From NCBI GenBank assembly GCA_964252035.1, contig OZ176206.1: a stretch of DNA of 64,000 nucleotides; one strand, 5' to 3'. The translations under genes and the position numbers were made by a program. Of this stretch, positions 12,241-24,800 are shown piece by piece. A model generated the notes under the pieces. It saw only the letters and a list, made by a program, of their open reading frames with translations. It was not told the origin of the DNA and did no database searches. This stretch comes from Podarcis erhardii. Lineage: Eukaryota. The first letter of the stretch is position 1. Each line of letters opens with the position of its first letter.

Positions 12241-15200
12241 GATACCTTCCTATGAATTAGAGTATTTTTGTTTCTGATCTGTCTGGAGACAGGTCCAGCA
12301 CACAATCTGCTAAACATTTATTTAAGTAATTACTGAAGATGTTCTTCTCATTGTGCAGGCCCATTTTTTTCCTTAAGAAAAGAACAAAACAAAACCAGCA
12401 TGCCTGCGTGCCTTTAATGGATTTGCAAAATCGCACCTGCTTATATCTCTTAAGCACCAGGAGGGCAGACATGGCAGCAGCAGGAAGTCCCTCACAATGA
12501 GGGGAAATGTGAGAGGGATAAATATAAAATCCTGAAGAGGATCTCATGAAATGCCTGAGAGCTGGCCATACAGATGCTTGTTGGAATTGCAAGGACCTCA
12601 GTTTCCTCCCCCTCATTTAAGCAACAAACTACTCAAGGCTACAAGAACACCAGAGTTCTGGTCATTGTAGATGGCATGAATTGCCCCCTTCTCAAATAAC
12701 TATACTCATGCAATTATTGTAAAAAATGTGAATAAGCAAGGTAGCTGGCCGCTCTTCTGCTTATACGACTTCTCTGACGTAGCCCCTGTGCTCTGGGTGT
12801 CCTACAAACCCCCACCCACCCCCTGTATATGTTCCTGCTACTTGTACAGTCAGTTTGGTCGTATTTGTTGATCATTGTGGTTTCTACATTTGTACTGTCT
12901 CATGAATTGGTCTTGAGTACTATTCCTTGTTAAAAAATTCAGCTTGGGTTCCACCCTTTTCCTGTTGAATGGCAGGAATTTGGCTTCTTGAAGGATGTGA
13001 GGTTACTTGTTTTACTTTTCTAGTGCTGAATTTCTCTAGGCTATTAAACTGGCTGGAAAACTGTGAAATGTCTGTAGACATAAGATAATGAAGATACCAA
13101 AACAATTCAGTTAAAATCAAGGTGCATAACTGTACATGGCAGTTCCTAGCCATCTTGGTCATTTGAAAGATTTGGGATTATACCTAAACCTGCTTACCTG
13201 AATGACAATGGCACACTCAGGTTGGCCACCAGTCTTACAGGTCTGCCTTAATGAGGCTGGTGTTCCTGTTCTATGTTGGGCAGCTCTGATATGGACTGTC
13301 TTGCAAACAGCATTCTGTCTAATTTGTGATGCTTGATGGATTATATTAACTTTTAACATGCAGGTTTCTCCCACCTGCTTCTTCTTGAAATGAAGGTGTA
13401 AATTTTCTTGTGAGTTCATAAAACACTACTGTAGAAGGGGTTATGATGTCATAAATGTAGCATTTTTATATCATGAGATTGTGCAGAATGAAACAAGGCA
13501 AGGCAAGAAGCAATAATCTTTCTTTTTTTAAAAAAACAAGTTGTAACTGTATAGCAAAAGAAAAAAGAAAAAATGATATTTACAATAGGCTCCCTTTTTC
13601 CTTAAAAGAACCAAGGCTCTGAAGTGCAAAGTCCTGACACCACTTTTGCGAGGTGTCTTTCTGAATAGGTGAGACTTGCATAGTTATTGGAAAACACGGG
13701 GGGGGGGGGTAATCTGATCTTTCAGAAAATTGGTCTTGAGAAACATTTTGAAAGGTTCAGCCCTGAAAATTAGCAATGGCTTTCCCCAAAGCTGAGCACA
13801 AGGGAGCCTGGAGTTTACAAAGCAGTTGAAGGTGCTCTTGAACCTCTAACGAATGGAGTTACTCATTGAATGCAGGTTAGGGACACAATTAGTGCTCCTA
13901 ACTCAGGCTTTGCCAACCTGGTGCCCTCCAGATGTTGAACTGCAACTTAGCATGTATAGCACAGTGTGTTGGCTGAGGCTAGCTGTATTGCAACATTTGG
14001 AGAGCCCCAGGTTGGTGAAGGCTATTCTTAACCCATTAGCTCAGAACATTTGGGATACTTGCTCCTTTCTGTCCTCATTCGGATGGCTTATCACTTTGTT
14101 TTGAGTTCTTTAGAAAACACTGAAGACTTGTGATGCCCAAGATTTGTAATGGCTTGTATGCTAAAACTGATATGAGTGGCTTTTCACACAGTGCATCCTG
14201 GAGGTGCATAAGCAGAACTAGGAGGAAATGGACCACCCTTCTAGATTTGAGAGATGCGGATTCCTTTTAGGCTGCTTCTTTTGATCCTTAGAGGTTTTCT
14301 TGTGTACCTTGTGAGTAAAGAATGAATCTGTTGACATTTTTGTGTTATGGGAGTTGGAGTGGAACAGATTCCAATCTCATTCCTGTTAGGAGACTGCCAA
14401 AATAAGATTTCTAATTGTTTTCAAGTGGATCCCGTGTGTCATTTTGTGTTTAATTGAAAATGATGCACTTGACTTGCTCATATGTGGCAGGTGTTTTGTA
14501 AGTGTAGTACATGCTGTGATTCTAGCTCAGTTCCATGACGTGTCCTTGGAACCCTCCATTAAAAGTGTGCAAGCAAAAGAGATACTGCAGTTCTAAGAGA
14601 CAATTTCATGGTGCTTAAAGAAGAAATTGAAAGCCACCTGAGCTTGCCATAACTAATTTTGCAGAGGGAGTTTCTCCCCCCCCCAAGTGTAATTTCCCTA
14701 GTTTCCCCCTCCCCCTACATAAATATGCAGTTGGTATATTAATGACACATCTTGCAATCTTACTCCTGTCCTAAATGTTCATACTTGGAATTAAATCCCA
14801 TTGATTTCAGTGGAAGTTGCTTTTTAAGCATTTATGGTATCTGCCTTTCAGAAATTTATATACTTGATTTTGTTAGCAGTGAATGGTAACTTTATAGCCA
14901 TAGCCCTTTTTAAACTTTTTTTTTTTTTTTTTTACAAATGAAATGTTGCGATTAGGACCAATCTAAGAATATAAACATATATTAGAAATTATGACTCTTT
15001 AGGGAAATAATTCCTTTAATTTATGAAGTTTTAATCAAGGACTGCAAGCTAAATGGAAGCAAAAAACAAATTACTGTAAGTAAACAGAAAGGATATTGGC
15101 TGAATTTCAAGCAGACAGCTCAATGTTCTCACATACTGCATATGATATGACTCTTCCTGTCATCTGTGTTAACTTGATTCTGTTCTGCAGGCAACCTATT

Positions 15201-15289
15201 GAAATCAATTGGACCAATGCAACAATGGATTGTGTGTGAATTTCTGAAAGTGCAGTCATATCACAGTTTGGATTTGCTGTAAGTGGATG

Positions 15290-15570
15290 TACTGACACAG
15301 CAACATAGAAGAGCCCTGCTGGATCAGGCCAAAAGTCCATCCAGCATCCAACATCCTCTTCTCTCAGCAGTCAACCAGATGCCTGTGGAAATCCCACAGA
15401 GAGGAGCCAAGTGCAAGAGCAACTCTCCCCACTTGTGATTTCCAGCAATTGGTATTCAGAGGCAAACTGTCCTGGAAGCTGGTACACAGCCATTTGTGGC
15501 TGCATGAGTTTGTCTAATCCTCTTTTAAAACCATCCATGCCTGTGACTATTACTATAGTTTTAACTGTGT
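15290..15570 (-). mobile_element. CR1 LINE 3' end fragment
   Basis: Reverse complement matches 24840-25120 (aaaagaggattagacaaa...catccagc...gatggactttggcctgatccagcagggctcttctatg). Confidence 0.75.
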
Positions 15571-16062
15571 CCTGTGAGAAGAAGTACACCATCAGTTTAC
15601 AGGTTACTTTATATAGCTTCGTAAGGAAAATATTTGTAAAAGCTGCTCTGTGCTCCCAATGAGCTTTCAAAATCCTACATAGAACAGAGCAAGCGTAAGG
15701 AGAGATAAGGCTTGGGAGTGACTAATGCCATGATTACAGCTCGAGTACAAAGCTCTTTAAAAAAGTTTCCCTGAACATCTCAAAGATAGATGCCGCATTC
15801 TTAGTTGGTCAGGTAAGAGCTTGCACATAACTTAAGTCATATGGCAGCAGGTGTTTTTTGCACATGTAGTTCTGATGTGTGTGTGCACCAAGAGCTGGGG
15901 GTCTTTTGTTTAATGCAGTCAGCACAGCTCTGTGTACACATTTCCACTGCCTGCATGGAGCTGCAACTGATATTACAGGGAATGGAGTGACTCATATTCC
16001 CCAAACTTGAGTTCTATGTGCCTGTGGAGCTTTGGACTGGGATATGGCCCATTTGACCTGTA

Positions 16063-16387
16063 CAGTGGTGCCTCGCAAGATGAAAAGAATCCGTTCCGCG
16101 AGTCTCTTCGTCTGGCGGTTTTTTCGTTTTGCGAAGCAAGCCCATTGACGGCTTAGCGGATTAGCGCTATTAGCGGCTTATCGGCTTATCGGATAAGCAG
16201 ATAAGCGGCTTAGCGGCTTAGAAAAAGGGGGGGGGGAGGAAAAAACCCACAGGAACTCGCAAGACATTTTCGTCTTGCGAAGCAAGCCCATAGGAAATTT
16301 GTTTTGCGAAGCACCTCCAAAACGGAAAACCCTTTCGTCTAGCGGGTTTTCCGTCTTGCGAGGCATTCGTCTTGCGGGGCACCACTG
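16063..16387. mobile_element. Tc1/mariner MITE with internal 9-mer (AGCGGCTT-like) tandem array
   Basis: TIR CAGTGGTGCC.CGCAAGA at both ends, TA duplication. Confidence 0.9.
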
Positions 16388-17065
16388 TAAATTATAACTT
16401 GGACTTGGAAGCCATTTTGGCATATAAGTGGTTATATAAATAATAGTAAGGGGGCCAAAGGTGTAAGAATTAAAGTGGTCTTGGTGATATGCAGGGAAAG
16501 GACCTGATCTGATTGCTTTCTTAACATACCAGGGCTCAAGAGACTAATCAGAACTGCGTGTTTATCTGTGGGTCCCTAAAGGGAAAGTAGTACTGAAGTG
16601 CCATCACTGCCTGCCTAATTTCTGGTGTCTCCTTCCTGATGTTTGACTTGTGTCAGGGTAGATCAGAAATAAACCAAAGTTGAGAATCTGCAGAGACCAC
16701 CACTATAGCAGCTATTTTTATTTTGTCTTTTTCTTCCCGGGGAGGCGGGAGAAACAAATATGAAGTGCTTTTGTAATTTTGTTTCTGCAGTGGTGCATTA
16801 TCAAGTCTTGTATGTTTAAACTGTTTATGTACTATACATGTTTATATAACTGTAGTCCAGTACTTTTATAGCTGAAAATGTGAAAAAATAAATATCAAAA
16901 TAACATTGAAATAACGGTGCCGCCTTCTATTTGTATGTAAGGTACTCAGCTGTGTAAGAAGGTACTTTGGGGTGCACAAATAGTAGGGTGGTTTTCCAAC
17001 CCACCCACTTCAGATGTAGACTTGGAACTGAGCATTTGCCTGGTGCTCCTGTGGCTGGAGTATCA

Positions 17066-17280
17066 GACTAGGAATATTATTATTATTATTATTTATTAAA
17101 GTACAGGATAAAAGTACAAAATAAATTGATAATACAAGAACTAAACTAAACAATAACCCCCCTTCCACAAACACATTTTAAAGGCCGTAGAATATTAATT
17201 GGCCAAAGGCCAAAAAGAAAATTATTTATATGGCACCTAAAGATGTATAATGAAGGTGCCAGACAAACCTTTCTGGGAAC
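17066..17280 (-). mobile_element. L2-like LINE 3' tail ending in (TAA)n
   Basis: (TAT)n followed by ...aaaggccgtag...ggcacctaaagatgtataatgaaggtgccag, the reverse of the tail type at 38300-38520. Confidence 0.55.
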
Positions 17281-17504
17281 GGGGAGAACAGGGTTCAAAT
17301 TGCCAGTCAGCCCAACCACTAACTCTTAGCCTCATCAAGGTAGGCTAAAATGGGTAAGTCTCATATGCTATCTTGAGTTGCTTGGATATAAGTGTATAAA
17401 TTGTACCATCTAGGGTAGCCATATTTCAAACAGTGAAAATCTGGACACAAAAGTTGTTTGACTTTCCCTCTCTCCCTGCCACCAAACTTGGATTAGAGAG
17501 ATTG

Positions 17505-17640
17505 CCATGAGAAGCTGCCTTATACCATGTCAAACCGTTGATCCATCTAGCTCAGTATTGTTTGGTAGTGGAGGTGCTGGAGATTGAATCAAAGACCTGC
17601 ATGCAAAGCAGATGCACTGCTAATGAGCTGCTGTCCTGAC
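17505..17640 (-). mobile_element. Squam3-like SINE
   Basis: gaagctgccttata...ccatctagctcagtattg...catgcaaagcagatgc..t..taatgagct, reverse of 23809-23988. Confidence 0.7.
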
Positions 17641-18249
17641 CCATAAATAGAAACCAGTGGGACACTCATCCAAAGGGGGGGGGGCAGCATGCAGTCACCA
17701 GTGCAAGCCCTTTTTCTGGATTTATTTTTTTCTAGGGGAAATCCCTTCATAGAAACATGATGTCAGCTATTGGTGGCTGTTTCAAAGCCAATCTTTCCAA
17801 GAGCTCAAAATGGATCAAAAGGTGGTGGATATGAATAATCCTAAAAGCGTTCTCTCTTTTTTTTAAATAAAAAAGTGTTACAATTTTCAAAGTCATTTGC
17901 ATGCCCATTTTCTTTTCCTGCTGGGAGGTTTGTCGGTTTTAGATCCCCAAACCATTTCCCTTCATCCAGGAGGAACTGCCTCTACTACCCTTCCAGCTAA
18001 GTGAGGGGACAGATTTAAGAGCACCGTGAAAGGGCAGGAGGTCGGTAGAGTTTATTCGTTAACCAAAGGCGTTTAACCATTCCAGAGTTCCAGTACACAG
18101 AGACCAAGTGTTTCGTGTTCAGCAGCCCCGGATGGCTCTCTGGGTTTCCAGCCAGATCCACGCAGCACACCGTGTCTTGGCCCAGCGCCGCCTCGGGGCT
18201 TGCCTCTTCTCCAGCTAAGCCCTCACGTTCCAGCTCTGAGGGCGACAAA

Positions 18250-20050
18250 GGAGCCGCACTATTAAAACCAAGGCGGTTCGAAGCTGCAGCAGCAGCGGTC
18301 GTTGACCTTTTGAGCAGAACAGAGCCCGGCGAGGGAGGCCCGTCTAGAGGGGCTCCTCCAGTAAGTGCCCATTTCGCGTGGCTCGTTTGGGCTTCGAGAG
18401 GCTAGCCCGCCTGGAGCCGCCCTCGAGACCCCGGGGAGGCGAGCGCGCTTGCGCCCGCTGGAGAAGCGGGGGGCAGCCGGGCGCCCAGCTGGGGCTGGCA
18501 AGGCGAGGCGGCGGCGGCGGAGGGGAGGGGGAGGCGCCCGCGCCGTCGGCAGGCGCAGAGCGGCGTGCGCGCCTGGCCCCTGCCGCGCTCGCTGCGTTGC
18601 CCCTTTAATTGTGTCCCCAGCCCTCGGGCGTCTCTCTCCAACGCCCACGTCAGCAACTACCTTTTGTTTCTCTCCCGGCCGGGCTGCTCAGCGCTTTGGG
18701 GCGGCGGCGCCCGGCGAGGTTTCGCGCCCTCACCCGTCGAACCCCGAGCCCGCGCCGCTTGCAGAGCCCCGCCGCCCCTCGAACGCCCGCCCCGCCGCCG
18801 CCGCCGCCCAGCCCGCGCCTCTGCCGAGCGGTAAGTCAGCGACGCCTCCGCGGCAGCGCCAGCAGGCCGAGCAGGGCGTCCTTCGGGCTGAGGCGGCTCT
18901 GGGGTGAGCCGGGCGCGCCTCTGCTTCCCCGGCTAGCGGAGGATGTCCGGCCGCGCCGCCTCTCCCTCCTCCTGCGCGGCGGCGCCCCAGTCGGGCAGCG
19001 CCCGGCCAGCCCCGTCAGGCGGGCGCCATTTGCTGCCGATGCCGCCCCGGGCGCGGTGTTCGGCTCGCAACAAAGGGCTGGCGAGGGACCGACAGAGTCC
19101 TCCCTGCCGCGCGTGCCGAGCTCCGAGCCGGGCAGGGGCACCTTCTGCGCCCGGGCATCGAGTGGCGGCGGCGGCGGCGGCAGCGGGAAAGGCCAAGCTA
19201 GGCAGCCCGGCTGCGGCGACGGCTGGGAATTCCGCATCGCCTCCCGGCGCCCTTCCCAGGAAAGGCGGGCGGGTTGGGTGGTGGCGGCGGTGGTCCTCCT
19301 CCCGGCAGGGCGCGCGGACCGGTCCCCCTCTGGAGGCGACGCCGGGGATCGGTCCCCGGTGACTTGGCGGGCGCGCCTCCAGCGCCGTCGGGCGTCCCGG
19401 GCTCCCGATGGCCGAGCCTCCAGCTCGGGGCGGGCGGGCGAGAGACTGACGGCGCCCTCTGCCAATGTGCGGCGCCGGCGCCCCTGGTGCTGCCGGGCAG
19501 GGCTAGGGGAGGACCGGCGCTGCCGCGGTGTCGGCCGCCTGCTCGGAGGCAGCTCCTCTGATTGCAGCGTCCGCGCCGCCGCCTGGGCGCCCTTTCTGGC
19601 GGCGAGCGCGGCGCAGCTGGCGAGCAGAGGGGCAGCCCTGCTGGTGGGTGCGGGGCTGGGACAAGAGGGAGGCGGCGGGACCAGTGGCTCCTCGACCCCT
19701 CGCCGGCCCCTCCACGCCACACACTTGGCATGCCAGCAAGTCCCGTTTCCCCACTTTTCGCCTCCAGGCTGGAAGGACGCCTGTCGTCTCGGGGGCCCGG
19801 ATTTGGCGAGCGGAGTCTCCAGTTGCTGACCTCTGCGCTGGAGTCGCGGAGCCCCGCGGTGCAAAGGGCTGGGGCGCTGAGTGGTGTGACAAGGGGTCGC
19901 GCTGCTAGCTGCGGGCTTGGAAAGCAGCAGCCCAACCCAACTGGCGTGCCCGTTGCAGGTTAAGCCCAGATCGGCTGCCTTGGGACTAGCGATCCAGCTG
20001 ACTACTGTCGGGACTGAGAAGCAAGCGCCGGCCCCCTCCCCCCCCCCCAC
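18250..20050 (+). promoter_or_regulatory. ZBTB8A: Large CpG island: ZBTB8A promoter with non-coding exon 1 (donor after 18830)
   Basis: Very high GC/CpG content, (CCG)n runs, perfect donor GCG|GTAAGT; next acceptor (T)n AG at 21818-21819 lies 22 nt before the ATG. Confidence 0.75.
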
Positions 20051-20759
20051 GACAAAAACGGGACATGCAATTAGGGCATGGGGTGAAGGACAACTTCCAT
20101 GTGACAGTTTGATGATGGGAAGAAAGTAGTGATTGCTTAGGAATGGTGGGTTGAGCTTGCTGGACCTCTAAATAATGACAGCTTGCAATGTTAGGCAAAC
20201 TGGCCTTGCATGTGATTCCAGTTTCACAAGCTGTGTGAGGCGATGCAAACCTATTGGCATTGAAACCAACTGACCTTACTGCTCTGGGGTTTCATGTAGG
20301 CAGATGTTGTGAGTCTGGGGGCTTCCAGACAGGGGCTTAATTTGCAAACTGGTTGTTGACAGCAGGGTTTCTCTCTCTCTCTCTCTCTCCCCCCCCCCCC
20401 CAGTTTATTGGATTTCCCCCAGAATGCGTAAATCCAGATTAAAGTGGGTGGGAGGAATACAGACTGCCATTTTGATGCCATATTTTATCTGGAAAATTCA
20501 AACAAGCAATTGAAATGTGCCTGCTTGAGGAGTATCCATCCCACAGTCATCACCCAGAGAGATTCAGTCTCTTATATGTTGCCAATATGTCCAGCTCATC
20601 ATAACTGAGGTGAAGGACACTGGCTGCTTCCATCATGCTCAGCTCCACAGAGGCAAAGATGCTGGTGTACAACCGTGCCCTTATGGTGCAGCTATTTATT
20701 GGGCTCTGGATACACAAGTTAGGAAGCTGCTACAGGTGCGAGAGAAAATGCTGTGTACT

Positions 20760-20880
20760 GAGACCCCTTTCCTGGCCCCTCTGGATGTTGATGGACTCCA
20801 AATCCCATCAGTCCCAGTCATCGGGGATGATGGGAACTGTAGTCCAGCAACATCTGGCGGGCTGCATATCCCCCACACCT
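20760..20880. mobile_element. Degenerate palindromic MITE related to 3032-3165
   Basis: ctctggatgttgatggactcc..atcccatca...gggatgatgggaactgtagtccagcaacatctgg. Confidence 0.65.
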
Positions 20881-21019
20881 CACTCAGAAGTACTTAAGAG
20901 TTTCAGGGGGACTCTGGTTCAGACCAGGTGTGATGTGAAGTGCCTCTCAGTACAGTATTATTCTACATTTACATGTTTTATCTTCTCCCTTAGTTCTAAA
21001 AAAGCCTAAGCAAGCATAC

Positions 21020-21175
21020 CCCTCATTTTATCCTCATAACAACCCTGTGAGGTAGGTTAGCTGACAGAGAAAGTGACCAGCTCCAGCTCCCAGTAAGCTT
21101 CATGACCAGTTGGGGATTTTTGAACCTGGGTCTCCCAAGCTGCACCCCAGCACTCCAACCAGTACACAACACTGA
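21020..21175 (-). mobile_element. MIR/CORE-like SINE fragment
   Basis: atcctcataacaaccctgtgaggtaggt...ggattt.tgaacctgggtctcc...aaccagtacac motifs. Confidence 0.65.
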
Positions 21176-21504
21176 TTTGTATTTATTTTTACTTGAATTC
21201 AGTTGCAGAAATGACCGTGTTGGTAACTATGTTTGAGACCATGGCCGGGGGCAGATTAGCCCTTTCCAAATGGGCCATTTTTCTGATAAAAGTTTTACCC
21301 CAGGCTGCTTTGCCACCCAGGGGGCAGAGAGAGAGGCTCTACAAATATTTCCCCCCGAAGGGAGAAAAGTAGTTGGGAAGATTTTGATTGGGGGAAATGG
21401 CCCATAGGATATGTCTGCTGTCCCAGACATATTTGGCATATTGCTCTCCCTGCCCTGCCCCACTAAAGCTAAAATATAGACCAGTAGTGGACAGCTCTTG
21501 GAAA

Positions 21505-21670
21505 GTGTGCTGGTCAGTGGTAGAGCATGTGCTTTGCATACAGAAAGTCCCTGGTTCACTCCTTTGCATCTCCAAGTTGGGCTGGGAAAGGCTCCCATTC
21601 GCTACTCATTGCAGACAAGACTTGAGTTAAGTTGTCTAATGGTCTGACCTCCCAGTGGCACCTTCCCAAT
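21505..21670 (+). mobile_element. Squam3-like SINE
   Basis: tcagtggtagagcatgtgctttgcat.cagaaagtccctggttca...ctccaagttgggctgggaaag. Confidence 0.75.
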
Positions 21671-21841
21671 GCTCACATCCAGTTTGGCCCTTGAAGATTG
21701 CATTCTGTCACTGACCGTCTTGTGCTTCACCATGTCTCTGTGAATGACTGATAATCTTGCAGCTGCGGTTTATATGTAGCAAACAGAGACCTGTTTATTC
21801 TTTTTTTTTTTTTTTTTAGAGCAACACAACCCTGTTTGAGA

Positions 21842-24800
21842 ATGGAGATTTCTTCCCATCAGTTTCATCTCCTGCAACAATTAAACGAGCAGCGCAGGCA
21901 AGACTTATTTTGTGACTGCAGCATTTTGGTTGAGGGGAAGGTCTTCAAAGCCCACCGGAATGTGCTGTTTGCCAGTAGTGGCTACTTCAAAATGCTCCTT
22001 TCACAGTGCTCAAAGGAAACCAGTCAACCAACAACCGCAACTTTCCAGGCATTTTCTCCCGAAACATTTTCCGTGATCCTGGATTTTGTGTATTCAGGCA
22101 AACTCTCCCTCACTGGCCAGAATGTGATTGAGGTCATGTCAGCTGCCAGCTATCTGCAAATGACTGACGTTATTAGTGTTTGCAAGACATTCATTAAATC
22201 CTCCTTGGACATCAGTGAGAAGGAAAAAGATCGCTATTTTAGTCTCTCGGACAAGGAAGTGAACTCGAATGGCGTGGAGCGTTTATGCCTGTATGGGACT
22301 GGGTGGAGAACGGAGAGCAGTCCCCCTCATTCGCACTTAAGCCCAGATCAAGGGACATGTATAGTGGGTGGAAATTCTTGGACCAATTTCAATTATTACC
22401 CAGCCACTCAGAGAAATGCCCAACAGCTGTCCAAGCATGACCAAAGGCAAGAACCCACGAAGAAAACCAGTAGACATGTAGGGCTGCCACAACCCTCCGA
22501 TGTCCCTCACTATAAGGCAAGTAAACTGGAAGAGCGAGTTTCAGAGCCTATAAGCCACACTTCTCCATCTGAAGAGGACGTCCAAATTGATTCAGAAGGT
22601 GACTCTGGCCATTCCAGCTACCAGTACGGCCAGGGATCTGACACCGTCCCGAGAGGCTCAGCTGTGTCACAGCAAGAGCATGATTCTCCACACCCTGCTG
22701 GCAAGTCAAAATCTTCTAAAGGGGATGAGCCATACCCTAGCATGCCCTCGGTATTGGGTGTGATGGGGAACTGGGCGGATGGTAAGGATATTCATTTAGC
22801 ATACAGTCAATTGCCTTCTTGGCCCTTGGCTGCATAAAAAGTTTATTATTTTACCTCTTTAAAATGAGTGTCATTTATTGGAGGTGAACTAAATTTTGCA
22901 TGCAAGGAGAATGATTCAAATGGATCCAGCTATCATAATTGTAATAATGACCTCATTGTGTGTTGAGCAGTCTCCTTTTTCTGTTCAGCTTACTCAAGGT
23001 AGAGGTCAAGTTTTGTGGGATACGGTTTTGACGAAATGAAAAATAAAACTGCTTCTTGTACCCACTGAAATCCCTCATTTTTATGTTTGGGCTTGTGGTA
23101 CCTGAAGCAGATTTCCTCCCCCCTCTCTCCACATCCAAGGGCCTGCACTTTTAAAAAAGTCTTGCTGTACCACTGAGGCACCTGTTCTTCCCTTCATCTC
23201 TTCCCCCATCATACTGCCACCTGTAGCAAGATGCTTCTTCTCCCCGCTGCCTGGCAGGGCCAGTTGTGGTGCCACCCTCCTCAGTAAGATCATAATTTCT
23301 TAGCAGTGCTTCCTAGGATTGTGTGTTTTTTAAAAAAATAAAGCATATCTGCAACCCAGCTCTTTTGCTTTGTGCTTTCTGCACTGGTGGCAAGGAAGAC
23401 TGGGTCTTGCTTAATTTCCAGTGGGGCTGTTATGGGAGGCGGGGAAAAATACATCTCTTACACCACTTTTGCAGAGAGAGTGCAGAGTGGGGAAAGCTTT
23501 TCCCACTCTGCAAAAGAGGGCTTGATGTAGCCCCAAGGAGTATTGCTGTCTGAATCAGATGACCAAATGCCTCCTACCAACACCACCACTTGGACTAGTG
23601 CTTTAAAAGTTTTGCTTGACCATTCAGATATTAGTTCCATCTGTTCCCCTAAATTGTATAGCCTTTGCTGTATGGTAAGGCCAGCCATGATGGAGCAGGG
23701 GAACTGCCCCTGGCAAGGAGATTCATAAAGCCCCTTCAAGAGGGCTCTGTGTGTTCCGGTGACTGCAATGTGCAAGAGCAGAATGCTGTATTGGGTGCAA
23801 AACAGAAGGGCTGTAGCTCAGTGGGTGTAAAGCACATGCCCTGCATGCATGAGGCCCCAGGTTTGATCCTTGGTGTCTCCCTTTAGAGCTGGGAAAGATT
23901 TCCACCTGAAACCCTGCAGAGCTGCTGGCCTGTAGACAATACTGAGCTAGATTGACTGGTCTGACTCTACATAAGGCAGCTTCTTGTACTAAATTCGGCA
24001 TCCTGAAAATCCTAAAAAGGTGAAAGTGTGTGGGTCTCAGAATCCAGAGTGTTGCTGGTTTCTTGTGGTTGCACGGTGTTGGGGCAGGACCCGACAGAGT
24101 TCACTACAGCTTCTTATAACTTGCAGCAGCAAGATTGGGCAGAATAAACACAGGTGGATTAAGTAAAATTGCATCATTTATACCAATTGCAGAACTTTCT
24201 AAAAAAATAATAATAATACAGTTTGCAGTCTTGAAGTCAGTTACTTTATTTTGACGAAAAGTGTCACTGTGATAGGCGTGTTACAATTTTTGCAGCATTT
24301 TAAAAGCATTGCTTGGTACTCACAGATGATCTGCCTAGGATGAGGTTCAAATGCCCCTTCTGCACTCACGTGGTAAAGCGGAAAGCAGACCTGAAGCGCC
24401 ACCTTCGCTGCCATACGGGAGAACGGCCGTATCCGTGTGAAGCATGTGGAAAGAGATTCAGCAGGCTGGATCACCTGAGCAGCCATTTCCGAACAGTACG
24501 TTGGCACATGTTGTATTTTGAGATGATACACCCCCAGTAACTACTTAATATAGAGATGCATTGACTTGCATCTGTCTGTTTTTAGGAAACTTGCTTTATT
24601 CTGACGCTGGGCTTGTCTACATTTCTAATTTCCTAGGAACACCTATTTCTCACTATACCTCGAATCTTAATCCCAATGGGGCAGGACCTAAACAAAAAAA
24701 TGTTAATATTGGTGTGATTCAGCCACAGTAAATCACTTTGATTCCCCATTAATTTCAGTGGGAGAGCTCACCATATGCTGGGTGTCTCCCACTGAAGCCA

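Noticed and set aside
18262-20129. Many long overlapping ORFs (up to 406 aa) on both strands
   Set aside because: Low-complexity Arg/Pro/Ala/Gly translations caused by stop-codon scarcity in the ZBTB8A CpG island; no domain motifs
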